Source: a virus (taxonomy: Duplodnaviria; Caudoviricetes). Taken from it: 55,926 nt of DNA. Shown piece by piece: positions 9,050 through 18,807 of this stretch. Position 1 is the first letter of the stretch. Every line of letters starts with the position of its first letter. Both the position numbers and the translations under genes were made by a program. The stretch covers positions 1-55,926 of the IMG/VR virus record IMGVR_UViG_3300017971_001822. The stretch is one strand, 5' to 3'. The notes under the pieces are model-generated. The model saw only the letters and a list, made by a program, of their open reading frames with translations. It did no database searches and was not told where the DNA came from.

Positions 9050-10186
9050 TTAATCTCTTAAAAGACTTTCCCTAGAAACGGTTTTAAGTATAGATCCAAT
9101 CTGGTTATTTATTTCTTCAGGGACCATGTCGCCTACGTCATTGACATCTTCCGGCGTGATAAAGAACAACCGGAAATAGTACCCGAAATCTTTGCTTAAT
9201 CTCTCAATTGCTTGTTTACCCGGCTCGTCGTTATCCAGAACGAATACAAGCGTTAAAGCACCAGCTTTTTGTAGCAACTGGCGTTGAGTATTTGACATAC
9301 TCAAACCAAACATAGCAACGCTATTTTTGATTCCAGCAGCATCCAGTGCCCAACAATTGCCGGGACTTTCACAAACAATCGCAGAACCGAATTTTGCTAT
9401 GAATGGCTTGGCATACCAATAATTGTATAAATGTTGTTCTGATCTGAATCCCTTTGAGTGCTTCCATTTCACATAAATGCCACGCTTTGTGTCGTCTGGG
9501 CAGTACATCATTGGCCCATGATACATTTGACATTCAGAGCATTGTTCCCAAACGCTACGACCAGACCAGCCTGCCACGACCCTACCTGTTTCGTCTAGCA
9601 CCGGGAAGAACGCTCTCTGGAAGAACGGCTTTCCTTTTTGCCCACAAAACGATATATGATATCTGTCAATAGTCTCTTTTGATATACCGCGACTCGGATA
9701 ATATACATCATCCGGCTGCAACATTGGCAAAACATCCACAAGAAGCGTTTCCTCTTTGTCGTATTTGTTTTGCTGTCTCTTCTTGTGTTCTTTAATTGCC
9801 TTATTGATTTCAATATCTGCTTCGGTTTCGTCGTCCATTTGGGATAATTGTAGATTCAATACTTTGGCGACGAATGCAACAGCCCTCTGGAATCCCCATT
9901 GATGTCCAGTCTTTTGTGACATTGTTCCTCTGACAAGCCCGAATACGCTATTGGATGGGCCGGTTATCTGTTCTTGTTCACAATGTTTGGTCATACATTT
10001 CCAGTGAGAACTCTGTATGGCCCAGTACAACGATCTTGGATTATCTCCCTCGTGGACTGGACACGCACACTGTATATAGTCGTTTCGTTCACGGTAATCG
10101 ATGCCGAGCGCATCGAAGATCTCGTCGATACGCTCTGACGCTCGCTCTTGTACAAATTGAACTTCTTGTCGTGTGAACTTTTTCAT
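9050..10186 (-). CDS. dnaG: DNA primase (zinc finger + TOPRIM)
   Basis: CPVH...WKC..HC Zn finger, GWSGR, LYNY, CESPGN and LDNDEPG TOPRIM motifs; adjacent to DnaB. Confidence 0.85.
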   Translation of the reverse strand: MKKFTRQEVQFVQERASERIDEIFDALGIDYRERNDYIQCACPVHEGDNPRSLYWAIQSSHWKCMTKHCEQEQITGPSNSVFGLVRGTMSQKTGHQWGFQRAVAFVAKVLNLQLSQMDDETEADIEINKAIKEHKKRQQNKYDKEETLLVDVLPMLQPDDVYYPSRGISKETIDRYHISFCGQKGKPFFQRAFFPVLDETGRVVAGWSGRSVWEQCSECQMYHGPMMYCPDDTKRGIYVKWKHSKGFRSEQHLYNYWYAKPFIAKFGSAIVCESPGNCWALDAAGIKNSVAMFGLSMSNTQRQLLQKAGALTLVFVLDNDEPGKQAIERLSKDFGYYFRLFFITPEDVNDVGDMVPEEINNQIGSILKTVSRESLLRD

Positions 10187-11622
10187 TTCTTCTTATTCTG
10201 TTTAAAGCCGCTGTCTATAGCTTGACTAAAAGTCTTGCCCTCTAAGAACTCTGCTTTCTGTAGATTATCTATGACATTGATGTATTCTCCCTGCGGCATT
10301 CCCGGCCCGAATCTCGTGTCAGTTACGATTAGTTTCTTGATTCCATTGGTTGGCGGATCTTCGTTTAGTTCCTCTGTTGTTTTGTACTTCAGTATTGTAA
10401 AGCTCGAACATAACCACAAGACCCTATCGGAACCGGATATCACATGACCGCCCTCTTTTTCCACTCCGTCCCTGTTCAACTGTACGGTCGCGAGAATTGG
10501 CAATCCCCATCGCACAGCAAAGTTGTGGAGAGAAGTCATCAAGAATCCCAACATTTGGAATTCGGATAAATTGCTTTTCAGGTCGTTCGCGTCCATGAGT
10601 TTTATATAATCGTAGATGATTAAACAAGGCTTTGCTTTGCCATTGTCTCTAAAGCCTACGTGTTTGGCCAGCCATCTTCTGGCAATTGAAATAACAGACT
10701 GCACAGACTGTCCAGCGATTGAACAATGTGTGATTGGTAGATTATTGATTTTATCTTTGCAAGACATAATAGCTTCTGCTGCTTCTGGAATCGTGGCGAA
10801 TTGGCCTGATTCTATTTGTTCTAAATCCATCTTCGAGATTAGTGAAGTCAATCTTGCTCTCTGCATAGGCTGAGTCAATTCGGTATCCAAATATAGTACG
10901 GGTATTCCGTTCGAAGCTATTCTCTCTGCCATATTCAAACACAAGAAAGATTTACCCACTTTTGGTCTTGCACCAACCACATTCACAGTGCTTTCTCGCA
11001 ATCCGCCACCTATCGCAGCGTCGAATTTCGGGAATCCAGTTGGTATTCCTATCGTATCTTTTGGATCTTCGGCTAACTCTTTCATTGCGATTTCAAAGTC
11101 TGCCGCTATCGGCTGCATTGTATTTTCTTGCGCCACGATCTTGCCAGTGAAATCAAAAATCGGATCTTCTATGGTAGCTATCAAATCTTCGATTTTCTCT
11201 TCTCCTGTGATACTGGCTAATTTGTTCGCAACGCTTGCCATGCACGAGAATCCGCGCCTTGCTATTGCCAACTTATTTACACAGGCAGCTATCTTTATCG
11301 AGTTGTCCTTGGATGGGGCACCCGCGCCGAAAAGAGACTCGACATATTCTTTCTCTCGCCCCTTACCGGCAAAATCATTGTAGGATAATGTCGCCGCAGC
11401 AGACATAATGCTTGGGACATCAAAATCCTTTGCGTTCCTCTCATGAACAAGATGTCGGAGGATAGAATAGATAACCTGATTGGTTGACAGATGAAAATCT
11501 TTCGGAGAATCGAGGATATCTTCGATTTCAAAGAGCAAATCTGCACCGTGTTGCACGATACCGCACAATACAGATCTTTCCATCCCATAGTCTTTTATTT
11601 TGTCTAGCTTGTTCTCGGCCAT
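10183..11622 (-). CDS. dnaB: Replicative DNA helicase
   Basis: GIPTGF..FD, GARPKVGKS Walker A, IIYDYIKL, QLNR, and TRFG motifs. Confidence 0.92.
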   Translation of the reverse strand: MAENKLDKIKDYGMERSVLCGIVQHGADLLFEIEDILDSPKDFHLSTNQVIYSILRHLVHERNAKDFDVPSIMSAAATLSYNDFAGKGREKEYVESLFGAGAPSKDNSIKIAACVNKLAIARRGFSCMASVANKLASITGEEKIEDLIATIEDPIFDFTGKIVAQENTMQPIAADFEIAMKELAEDPKDTIGIPTGFPKFDAAIGGGLRESTVNVVGARPKVGKSFLCLNMAERIASNGIPVLYLDTELTQPMQRARLTSLISKMDLEQIESGQFATIPEAAEAIMSCKDKINNLPITHCSIAGQSVQSVISIARRWLAKHVGFRDNGKAKPCLIIYDYIKLMDANDLKSNLSEFQMLGFLMTSLHNFAVRWGLPILATVQLNRDGVEKEGGHVISGSDRVLWLCSSFTILKYKTTEELNEDPPTNGIKKLIVTDTRFGPGMPQGEYINVIDNLQKAEFLEGKTFSQAIDSGFKQNKKK

Positions 11623-11623
11623 A

Positions 11624-12205
11624 TTATTTCTTAGAATCGCCTACTTTCCCTCTTAGACATTGTTTACATTGCTGACCAATGTCTCTAGATGGGAAAGGAG
11701 AGTCGAATTTGTCTCCACAATCGCTGCATTCCACACGGAATGTAGTTTGTTTTGGTCTCGAAACTTTTTTCTTCTTGGCTTTTGCCGCAAGCTCTTCGTT
11801 GTATTCCTTTTTCCTTCTCAACTCTGTTGGAGACAGATCGTCTCCTGTAATTAACACCTTCTTGGTTCCATGCAAATTCTTCTTTGCTTTTGCTTTTTGG
11901 GATGAGATTTTTATATCTTCATCAACCTCATCGCCCACGTCGTCGCTTGTTGGGGATTTCTTCTTCTTTGTTTTCTTTTTGGTCTTCTTTCTTGTCTTCT
12001 TTTTCTTTTTTTCTGGCTCTGAGGCAGACATAAAAGCCTTCTTCAAAGCTGTTTCGATCACGCACATTACATCTTCTACAGCAAAATCAACCGGGCTCAT
12101 ATCCGGACCTTCAATGTCAACTCCGGTCAAATCCATATATGCTTCGCAGACCAAGCCCCATTCCTGCTGTTCTATTCCATGTCTAAGTTTATCAATTGGA
12201 CTCAT
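11624..12205 (-). CDS. Hypothetical Lys-rich protein with C-terminal zinc ribbon
   Basis: Poly-K tracts and CSDC...CKQC; tiles with neighbours. Confidence 0.6.
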   Translation of the reverse strand: MSPIDKLRHGIEQQEWGLVCEAYMDLTGVDIEGPDMSPVDFAVEDVMCVIETALKKAFMSASEPEKKKKKTRKKTKKKTKKKKSPTSDDVGDEVDEDIKISSQKAKAKKNLHGTKKVLITGDDLSPTELRRKKEYNEELAAKAKKKKVSRPKQTTFRVECSDCGDKFDSPFPSRDIGQQCKQCLRGKVGDSKK

Positions 12206-12611
12206 TGTTTTTCTCCTGATATCTTACTCTGCCGAGATTTGATAAGCATTGAACCATCATCTCGACTCGACGGGTTAAATAAGCAACTCTAGATTCTCTC
12301 ATTTTTACTTCTTTAACCCAACTAGCCATCTTCGATTTGTCTTCGATATTGGTCAATCTTTTCTCATTGCCCCTTGCCCAATCCAAGAATGATTTACATT
12401 CGTTCGTTTTCTGTTGCAGGAAAAACGCATACTGAGATAGCATGAAAGCATATTCGGCAATCTGAATAGAAGATATCGCTTGAAGGTCTTCATTCTTAAG
12501 CTGTAAAATAGATTCTATCTCAGACCGTTCCGGCTCATACTTCGGCAAGCCGAGAAACGCTTCCCATTTCTCTAGCTGAGTTTTGTAATTTTCATAATCC
12601 TGACTAAGCAT
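12192..12611 (-). CDS. Hypothetical helical protein (possible UvsY-like recombination mediator)
   Basis: 139 aa, apparently all-helical, near RecA; function is inferred from size and context only. Confidence 0.5.
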   Translation of the reverse strand: MLSQDYENYKTQLEKWEAFLGLPKYEPERSEIESILQLKNEDLQAISSIQIAEYAFMLSQYAFFLQQKTNECKSFLDWARGNEKRLTNIEDKSKMASWVKEVKMRESRVAYLTRRVEMMVQCLSNLGRVRYQEKNNESN

Positions 12612-12963
12612 CGTAAATCTCGATTAATTTGAACCCGTTTAAATCGCACCACTCTCTCTTGCGCTTGTCTCTGTCTAACTGATTGTGAAAAGCTTTTTTC
12701 GTTGGATGGAAAAATTTCACTTGCTTCGTGTGCTGTTCGCCGTGACACTCCACGACTAGACCTAGTGACGGTATAAAAAAATCCAGAACGAAATTCTCGC
12801 CCGGAATATAGATTTCTTCGAAGATAGAATCGTAAGGATACTTTTCTTGTAGATCTTGTCCAACTCTATACTGGAATTCCGATCTAGATCCACCACTACT
12901 TTTTAGTCTTTTTCCCCTTAGACTTATCTTCGTCGTCCCGCCGCTTGTCAGTTTGACTTCCAT
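12604..12963 (-). CDS. DUF559/Vsr-like endonuclease
   Basis: LDFFIP..LVVECHGEQH and D..K..WC..NG..L motifs. Confidence 0.75.
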   Translation of the reverse strand: MEVKLTSGGTTKISLRGKRLKSSGGSRSEFQYRVGQDLQEKYPYDSIFEEIYIPGENFVLDFFIPSLGLVVECHGEQHTKQVKFFHPTKKAFHNQLDRDKRKREWCDLNGFKLIEIYDA

Positions 12964-13996
12964 ATTGCACATCCGGCAAAAGAATTTTTCTCACTTCTGC
13001 TTCAAGTTCTTCCAGCTTCTCTGGGTTCTCATTCAAGAACCCGCAAAGACTTGCCATCCCCTGCCACTTTGGTATCGCATCATCTGACGACTTGAACATT
13101 GGTATAGAATACCAAGCTCCAGCTTTTTCAATCAGTCCAAGATTCTCTGCATTAACCGCAACATCCATAGCATTATCAACGCCCGCCCCATATCGTATTG
13201 GTACGGCGCATGGGATATATGGCTTGCCGAGAGCCGAGCAGATAATCTTCAGATGAATATTTTGCCCGTCTATCTCATTTGTATCTTTGTTCGTCTTCCA
13301 TAGCTCGAACCAAGTAGCGTTAATCCAGACTGAACATGCGTATTGTATTCCAACGCCGCCTTTCTCTACCCACTTCTTCCTAGACGCTGGATCTCTATTC
13401 GTTATCATGTGAGAGATAAAGATTAGGATGTTGTTATTGATATCTATGATGTCGGACATTCGCCTAAAGAATGATGATGTTAATTTCGGAGTACCAGCCA
13501 TGTCCTTATTGGCACCAAGCGATTCGCTTTGCTCGACCATGGTGGAGAGTTGTGCCAAGCTATCAACGACTACGACAGCACCGGGATGATCTTTGAGAGC
13601 CCTCTCCAAGATAGTTAGCCAATCCTCTGCGGTCAATATGCTCTGCGCTGTAGATTCAATCCATTTCAACTTATTGATATTCTCGCCGCAAACCTGCTGA
13701 ACCTGTTCTGTCGTGCATCGCCGCTCGATGTTTAGATAGAATGCTTCTCTGCCAGCATTGATAGCATTGTTTAGTATCCCCAAAGATAGATATGTTTTCC
13801 CGGCCTTCGGTTTCCCGGAAATCAAAGCAACTTTGCCTTCTGGTATGCCGCCGCTGAGCGCAATGTCTAAAGACAATGATGTTTTCAGTACGTTCTTTGG
13901 TTTTTGAGCTATGACATCGGCTTTTGTCAAAATGCCTTCGCCATATTGTCTTTTTAGAAACTGATCGAAACTTTCGTTCTCAATCTTCTTTTTCAC
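12896..13996 (-). CDS. recA: RecA/UvsX-like recombinase
   Basis: SLDIALSGGIPEG, GKPKAGKT Walker A, VVVDSLA Walker B, GGVGIQY, IEKAGAWY. Confidence 0.9.
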   Translation of the reverse strand: MKKKIENESFDQFLKRQYGEGILTKADVIAQKPKNVLKTSLSLDIALSGGIPEGKVALISGKPKAGKTYLSLGILNNAINAGREAFYLNIERRCTTEQVQQVCGENINKLKWIESTAQSILTAEDWLTILERALKDHPGAVVVVDSLAQLSTMVEQSESLGANKDMAGTPKLTSSFFRRMSDIIDINNNILIFISHMITNRDPASRKKWVEKGGVGIQYACSVWINATWFELWKTNKDTNEIDGQNIHLKIICSALGKPYIPCAVPIRYGAGVDNAMDVAVNAENLGLIEKAGAWYSIPMFKSSDDAIPKWQGMASLCGFLNENPEKLEELEAEVRKILLPDVQYGSQTDKRRDDEDKSKGKKTKK

Positions 13997-14450
13997 GTTC
14001 TTCTATTTCCTTTAGCTTGGCAAGCTTACTTTTTGCGCCCAAATCTGGAAAAGCAAAATTCTCAAATCCATCAATTGAAACTACGGTTGGCTTTGCTCTG
14101 GCTAGATTCTCTCTGTGTTGTTTCTTCTGTTCGTATTTCTTTTTTACAGCACGCTCTATTTTGTTGATTGTTTTGGTAGCCGACAATGATTTAATATTCA
14201 ACTCCTTGACCACATCTATTATGGCGGACCTGAGAAGAACATCATCAAAGTTGCCGAACCTCTTCTTGAGATTCGACATTCCCCTGATCTCTCTCTTGTA
14301 CTTAGGAGCCCAATACTTACCGTCTTTCCAGAACCTTGGGCCTATTTTCCGATTTACGTTTAGACATACTTGCTCTATAACATAATCGCGGAAAAAGACC
14401 ATAAGTCCCGGCGTAGTCGGAGAAGAGTATGATTTTTCTTCTTTTGGCAT
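13980..14450 (-). CDS. Hypothetical protein
   Basis: 156-aa ORF tiling within the replication block. Confidence 0.6.
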   Translation of the reverse strand: MPKEEKSYSSPTTPGLMVFFRDYVIEQVCLNVNRKIGPRFWKDGKYWAPKYKREIRGMSNLKKRFGNFDDVLLRSAIIDVVKELNIKSLSATKTINKIERAVKKKYEQKKQHRENLARAKPTVVSIDGFENFAFPDLGAKSKLAKLKEIEEREKED

Positions 14451-14860
14451 TACGGGTTCTCGATCAAGAAGAAACCAGCCTTTTGCCTTGTCCTGTCTTC
14501 GGTAAATGAATCGCTGAAGTTTTCTCTATGCCATTGAATCGTGACAACATTCCCGTCATAGTAACCAACACCGACATAGGTAGCTTGTCCGCCCGGAAAT
14601 GTTTTTCTGGCTTTCTTGCCGAAGAAATAGCCTTTCTGATTCGGCGGCATTGGATACTCTCTGCCGCCCGGCCCCTGTAATCTCAAACCAGTGATTGATA
14701 AGCCGGGATTAGTCTCGATGAATTTCTTCAGACGAATCCATGCATTCTTGGCGTTTGGTCTTTCATCTTGGATGACAGTGCGACCATCAGACAATGATGC
14801 CAGAAACCTCGTTTTTGGCGTTGAAGCTACTACCTGAAATTCTACAAGATTCTCATTCAT
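14450..14860 (-). CDS. Hypothetical protein
   Basis: AGGAG RBS upstream of ATG 14860; tiles with neighbours. Confidence 0.6.
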   Translation of the reverse strand: MNENLVEFQVVASTPKTRFLASLSDGRTVIQDERPNAKNAWIRLKKFIETNPGLSITGLRLQGPGGREYPMPPNQKGYFFGKKARKTFPGGQATYVGVGYYDGNVVTIQWHRENFSDSFTEDRTRQKAGFFLIENP

Positions 14861-15206
14861 TTGTATCACTCTCCTTGTTAAAAGGTGAATATCCCAATTC
14901 TTCATCTGCTCGAAAAGCATCCGACTCTGTCATACTGGCTCCATGCTTATTGGCGAGCCTGTTTTTCTTCTTGGGTCTGACGCACATAATATTCTTCATA
15001 TTCTGTGGAGGAATTGGTGGTTTCTTTGGCTTCTCTGGTTCTTGTGTTACTCGCCCTTTTTCTGGCGCAACAAAATCTTTGATCAATTCAAGAGCAGACG
15101 AGATGAACTCTTCCCTCTTTTTTGATTTTCTACCGAGGTTGACATTAGACGTAGACAACAGTGCTTCCATATTAACTAAAAGCCTCTCTGCCTTTTCAGA
15201 ATCCAT
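14853..15206 (-). CDS. Hypothetical protein
   Basis: 117-aa ORF with AGGAG RBS; overlapping stop/start with neighbours. Confidence 0.55.
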   Translation of the reverse strand: MDSEKAERLLVNMEALLSTSNVNLGRKSKKREEFISSALELIKDFVAPEKGRVTQEPEKPKKPPIPPQNMKNIMCVRPKKKNRLANKHGASMTESDAFRADEELGYSPFNKESDTNE

Positions 15207-15543
15207 GCGAAAATCTCCTTTGTGCTACAATAAAGTGTGTTGCGTTCTTGCTGCGGAGATACGTGACGTATGATGAGTAGCATTCTTCGCTACATTTTCG
15301 TAGATTATACACATATCTCGCTTGAACATAACCGGGCCTATCTTGCCTATTCATGTCCGCACCAACCGTATTGGGATTAAATAGCTCGTCGTCATTAGAA
15401 GCCAAAACCCAGTACATAGCCCTATTCCGCTCTTCTGGATGAATCTGTTTGGCAACAACACTCCTTGTTTTGAGCGGGCTTTTCTCTACTGGTCGATCAT
15501 AACAATGCGGAGTACCGTTTATATCAACTAAGGTAACTTTCAT
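15196..15543 (-). CDS. Hypothetical protein
   Basis: ORF tiling on the minus strand. Confidence 0.55.
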   Translation of the reverse strand: MKVTLVDINGTPHCYDRPVEKSPLKTRSVVAKQIHPEERNRAMYWVLASNDDELFNPNTVGADMNRQDRPGYVQARYVYNLRKCSEECYSSYVTYLRSKNATHFIVAQRRFSHGF

Positions 15544-15878
15544 TACTTCCATGCCTTAAAAACAAAATCGCATCCATCAATCTTCTCGCCTGTCGGCTCA
15601 AAAGACATTTCATCGCTCGGTGTACCGGGATAAAACTGCCCATGTACCTCTTGAATATATGATTTACCGTTACATAAGCCACATCTTACCATGACTTTGC
15701 ACGACATAGGATCTAGGCCCCTCTTCGACAATTCCTCGTTGGTCTGTACGATGAGGAATTCCATTAAGATTTCTCCGCAGTCTGCGCAGGCAATGTCAAC
15801 TGTGCCATGGTCTTGTAGTCCCATCGGCTGTCTTTCTTTTGGTCGTGATATCTCGATCTTTGCTTTCTTCTCTTCCAT
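15543..15878 (-). CDS. Zinc-ribbon hypothetical protein
   Basis: CADC...CGLC pair. Confidence 0.6.
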   Translation of the reverse strand: MEEKKAKIEISRPKERQPMGLQDHGTVDIACADCGEILMEFLIVQTNEELSKRGLDPMSCKVMVRCGLCNGKSYIQEVHGQFYPGTPSDEMSFEPTGEKIDGCDFVFKAWK

Positions 15879-15879
15879 T

Positions 15880-16203
15880 TTAAGTTTCTCCAGTTCTTAT
15901 GTACTTTTTGGGATTTTTCAAAATGTCATTTCTGATTTTGCCGTCTTTGTTCGATCTCCACCAAGGTATCTCTTCTGTTTTGTTTTTCCCTTCGCCTAGT
16001 CTGTCGCCAAGCTCTTTCTTCTTTGGTTCCCCGCGACATGGTGTTGTTGTGCCCTTCACAATTGCAGCAGCACCAGCGCCAATCAGTTTCTGAAGCGCTG
16101 GTTTATTGCATTCTGGACAGTCCTTCAAAGGCTCTGCTGTCATACCATGGAAAGCCTCGAATTCATGCCCGCATTCTTCACACTTATAATCATATGTAGG
16201 CAT
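15880..16203 (-). CDS. FmdB-family zinc-ribbon protein
   Basis: MPTYDYKCEECGHEFE...CPEC signature; GGAGG RBS; promoter motif directly upstream. Confidence 0.85.
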   Translation of the reverse strand: MPTYDYKCEECGHEFEAFHGMTAEPLKDCPECNKPALQKLIGAGAAAIVKGTTTPCRGEPKKKELGDRLGEGKNKTEEIPWWRSNKDGKIRNDILKNPKKYIRTGET

Positions 16204-16217
16204 GTTACCTCCACTCT

Positions 16218-16247
16218 ATTATATCATCATGGGTCAACATTTTCTGC
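16218..16247 (-). promoter_or_regulatory. Phage promoter motif, copy 1 (GCAGAAA-N14-TGATATAAT)
   Basis: Extended -10 TGATATAAT with the same upstream heptamer and 14-bp spacer as four other copies (one mismatch). Confidence 0.7.
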
Positions 16248-16724
16248 AAAAGTTCCACATTTTTTCGCAAAATCAGCTAGCTCTACCTGATGCCTCGGCT
16301 TGAATGACCCGCCATTCCTAACCTCTTTTTCGACTTGCTCTTTAACAGCACGACGGGTATGGTCGGAAGTCTTTGATACAGCACAAGTTACGAGCTTCAG
16401 TAGGTTCGTTTTCTTGACTAACAGGTATAGTGTGATCCCGAACGCCGACAAAAATATGATGATTATTAAACAAGCCCCAAGAACTATCCAGCCACCACCT
16501 CCGTAGTTGATAGTCTCTGCCTGAATCTTCTTATCGAACTTGATTGTTAGATCATCTGCCACTTTCTCAAGGCTATCCAGCCTAGTCGTGACGCTGCCAA
16601 GCTGTGCCTTCATTGCTTCTGGTGAAACACAATTAAGAGACAACGTCGCTAACGCGATGACCGCCGCTGTGACTGCCGCCTTAATTGTTTTCGTCGTTCT
16701 CGTTTGGCTTTTTTTGTATTGCAT
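16227..16724 (-). CDS. Membrane protein (possible lipoprotein plus one TM helix)
   Basis: Basic N-terminus, hydrophobic stretch ending SLNC, second TM segment WIVLGACLIIIIFLSAFGITLYLL. Confidence 0.6.
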   Translation of the reverse strand: MQYKKSQTRTTKTIKAAVTAAVIALATLSLNCVSPEAMKAQLGSVTTRLDSLEKVADDLTIKFDKKIQAETINYGGGGWIVLGACLIIIIFLSAFGITLYLLVKKTNLLKLVTCAVSKTSDHTRRAVKEQVEKEVRNGGSFKPRHQVELADFAKKCGTFAENVDP

Positions 16725-17143
16725 TTTTCCAGTCTCCGCTTAAACACTTTATTGACTAGAGCGTCGGCCCTTTTGTTCTCTGCGCGAGGAACCCACTTGA
16801 TGCTATAGTCATCAAATTGCGACAATAGGCCAAGAATCTGGTTGCGATGCTCTCTAAGTTCTGGCTTATTCACTTTGAATACCTGCATAACTTGCTTGAT
16901 GACAAGCTGTGAGTCACCAACGATATGCACGACCCGAACTTTATTCCTGATACAATGTCTCAATCCAGATATTAACGCTTTGTATTCGGAAATGTTGGAT
17001 GTGCCTTCGCCGCACATTCTTGATCCTTGGAAAAAGACTTTTTCTTCGTCTTCTGGGTCAACAGCCAAATAGCCTAACGCCATCTTCCCCTGACGAATTC
17101 CGCCATCAAAATACAACACCACCTCAGAATGGGGTGACTCCAT
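16649..17143 (-). CDS. rnhA: Ribonuclease HI
   Basis: LYFDGG, NISEYKAL, GDSQLVIKQ, WVPRAENKRADAL catalytic D-E-D-D motifs. Confidence 0.9.
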   Translation of the reverse strand: MESPHSEVVLYFDGGIRQGKMALGYLAVDPEDEEKVFFQGSRMCGEGTSNISEYKALISGLRHCIRNKVRVVHIVGDSQLVIKQVMQVFKVNKPELREHRNQILGLLSQFDDYSIKWVPRAENKRADALVNKVFKRRLEKCNTKKAKRERRKQLRRQSQRRSSR

Positions 17144-18095
17144 CTTCTATCTCCGTTTCGGCACCAGAGCACATTGCTCGGAAGTGACATCTCTTACATC
17201 TGTATTCGTCGTCTGTCTTCTCGAAAAAATCTGAATCATCTTTTTTGCAATGTGCCTCTTCAAGAATTGGATATTCTTGGCGAATTATTTCTGCTTGCCG
17301 TTTCATCATTGGCATGGTGACATTGAGCTTCGGCATCGCATCGGATCCCATTTCGTTCAGAAACGCGAGATAGACGGGAACGATGATTATATCTTCTGGC
17401 TTCTTCGCCCATCCCTGTTTAAGAGCATACATTGCATATGTCACAAGCTGATCTATGACACTATCGCTGACTCTTCCGGTTTTCCAATCTATTAGATAAA
17501 CTTTCCCGCCATAGCGGAACCCACAGTCTATCTTTACCGTTACTTCTTGGCCAGTATTCAGCTTGAATTTCTGGAACTCTTCTATAGATAACCAGTCATC
17601 TGGTTTCAATCTTTTCATTACATCGTATAGTGGACAATCGTAAAAGGCTTTGACACACGACATAACCTTGTGTTTCTTCTCAAGCATAGATTTTGAATAC
17701 GTCTCGCTGTCGTGCTGGAGTGTTTGGTAGTAATGCTCTTCTAGATTGATATAGTTCTTCGGACTATGCTCCCATCTCTTTCTCATAGAATCGAGCCAGC
17801 CCCGACGCATTCTCTGCACAGCTTCGCTTTGCGCATCTTCTAACGGAATGAAATCTCCATTTTTACGAAGGTGTTGGATAGTCTCTTCTATAATATCATG
17901 GACTATTGATCCTACCCACATTGGGAAGTTGGTCATATTCTTGAGCGTGTACGCCTGTCTCTTTTCTTGTCTAGCATTCTTGAGCCAACCCTCCCAAGCG
18001 ATGTGGTAAGTAAGATGATATTTCCACATACACTCTCTGAGCAACTTGACTCTTGATTCACTCCACGCAAATGTTTGTTCTATTTTTTTACCCAC
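17124..18095 (-). CDS. Second PD-(D/E)XK (Cas4/RecB-like) nuclease
   Basis: WSESR...C, GSIVH, KID, LIDWKTG, QLVTY, CKRCHFRAMC. Confidence 0.85.
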   Translation of the reverse strand: MGKKIEQTFAWSESRVKLLRECMWKYHLTYHIAWEGWLKNARQEKRQAYTLKNMTNFPMWVGSIVHDIIEETIQHLRKNGDFIPLEDAQSEAVQRMRRGWLDSMRKRWEHSPKNYINLEEHYYQTLQHDSETYSKSMLEKKHKVMSCVKAFYDCPLYDVMKRLKPDDWLSIEEFQKFKLNTGQEVTVKIDCGFRYGGKVYLIDWKTGRVSDSVIDQLVTYAMYALKQGWAKKPEDIIIVPVYLAFLNEMGSDAMPKLNVTMPMMKRQAEIIRQEYPILEEAHCKKDDSDFFEKTDDEYRCKRCHFRAMCSGAETEIEDGVTPF

Positions 18096-18807
18096 TACAA
18101 AGCTCTCTAACGTGTTTCATCATGCCCTTTCGTTTCCACAGTCCAAATGCAAAGTGGATAATGGATGGGTTATTTTCTTCTACTCGTTTTAACCACAACT
18201 TGATTTCACCTACAGAGCTAGTGTTCGGATGCGAATTACAATGCTCCATCGGGAGTCCGGTAATGTGGAATTTCGTATCCAACCTTTTCGCACATTCAGA
18301 CAAAGAAGCTTGATCTGCTGACGGTTTATCTGGGCCAGCGAGATCTTCTTGTAATCTATTCCATTCCCTGACGAATTCTATGGTTTTTGGTAAGTTTCTC
18401 AAGAATAGAAATCCAGCACTAATATTGTTCAGCTTATGCTCTTGTTTTATATTCGGATACACTGTAACGCCAATGTCCCCTACGCACCAATTGAGCCATT
18501 CAATGTTTCTGACAACTAGACAATCTATATCCAGAAGCAATAATCCTGTATTTTTCTGGTGAGTATTTTCCATGTGGTACAAAAGAGCTTTTGCTTTTCT
18601 GGCGTAGTGCTCTGCGACATCTTTGGTCGGCTCGAATATGCGATACACCATTGCGCTCTTATCTATGCGACAGTCTTCCCAGAGATGGTCGGTATAGATA
18701 TGTACTTTATTTGCGCCGCTACAAAATAGCCAACTATAAATTGTCTGATCCAGAAGATCAATACAATCGGATGAACAATAAGTGATTATGTCGAAACGAT
18801 CCATCAC
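18088..18807 (-). CDS. Nucleotide-diphospho-sugar transferase (GT-A fold)
   Basis: LLDID DxD motif, NISAGFLFLRN, DQASL and IIHF motifs. Confidence 0.7.
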   Translation of the reverse strand: MMDRFDIITYCSSDCIDLLDQTIYSWLFCSGANKVHIYTDHLWEDCRIDKSAMVYRIFEPTKDVAEHYARKAKALLYHMENTHQKNTGLLLLDIDCLVVRNIEWLNWCVGDIGVTVYPNIKQEHKLNNISAGFLFLRNLPKTIEFVREWNRLQEDLAGPDKPSADQASLSECAKRLDTKFHITGLPMEHCNSHPNTSSVGEIKLWLKRVEENNPSIIHFAFGLWKRKGMMKHVRELCSG

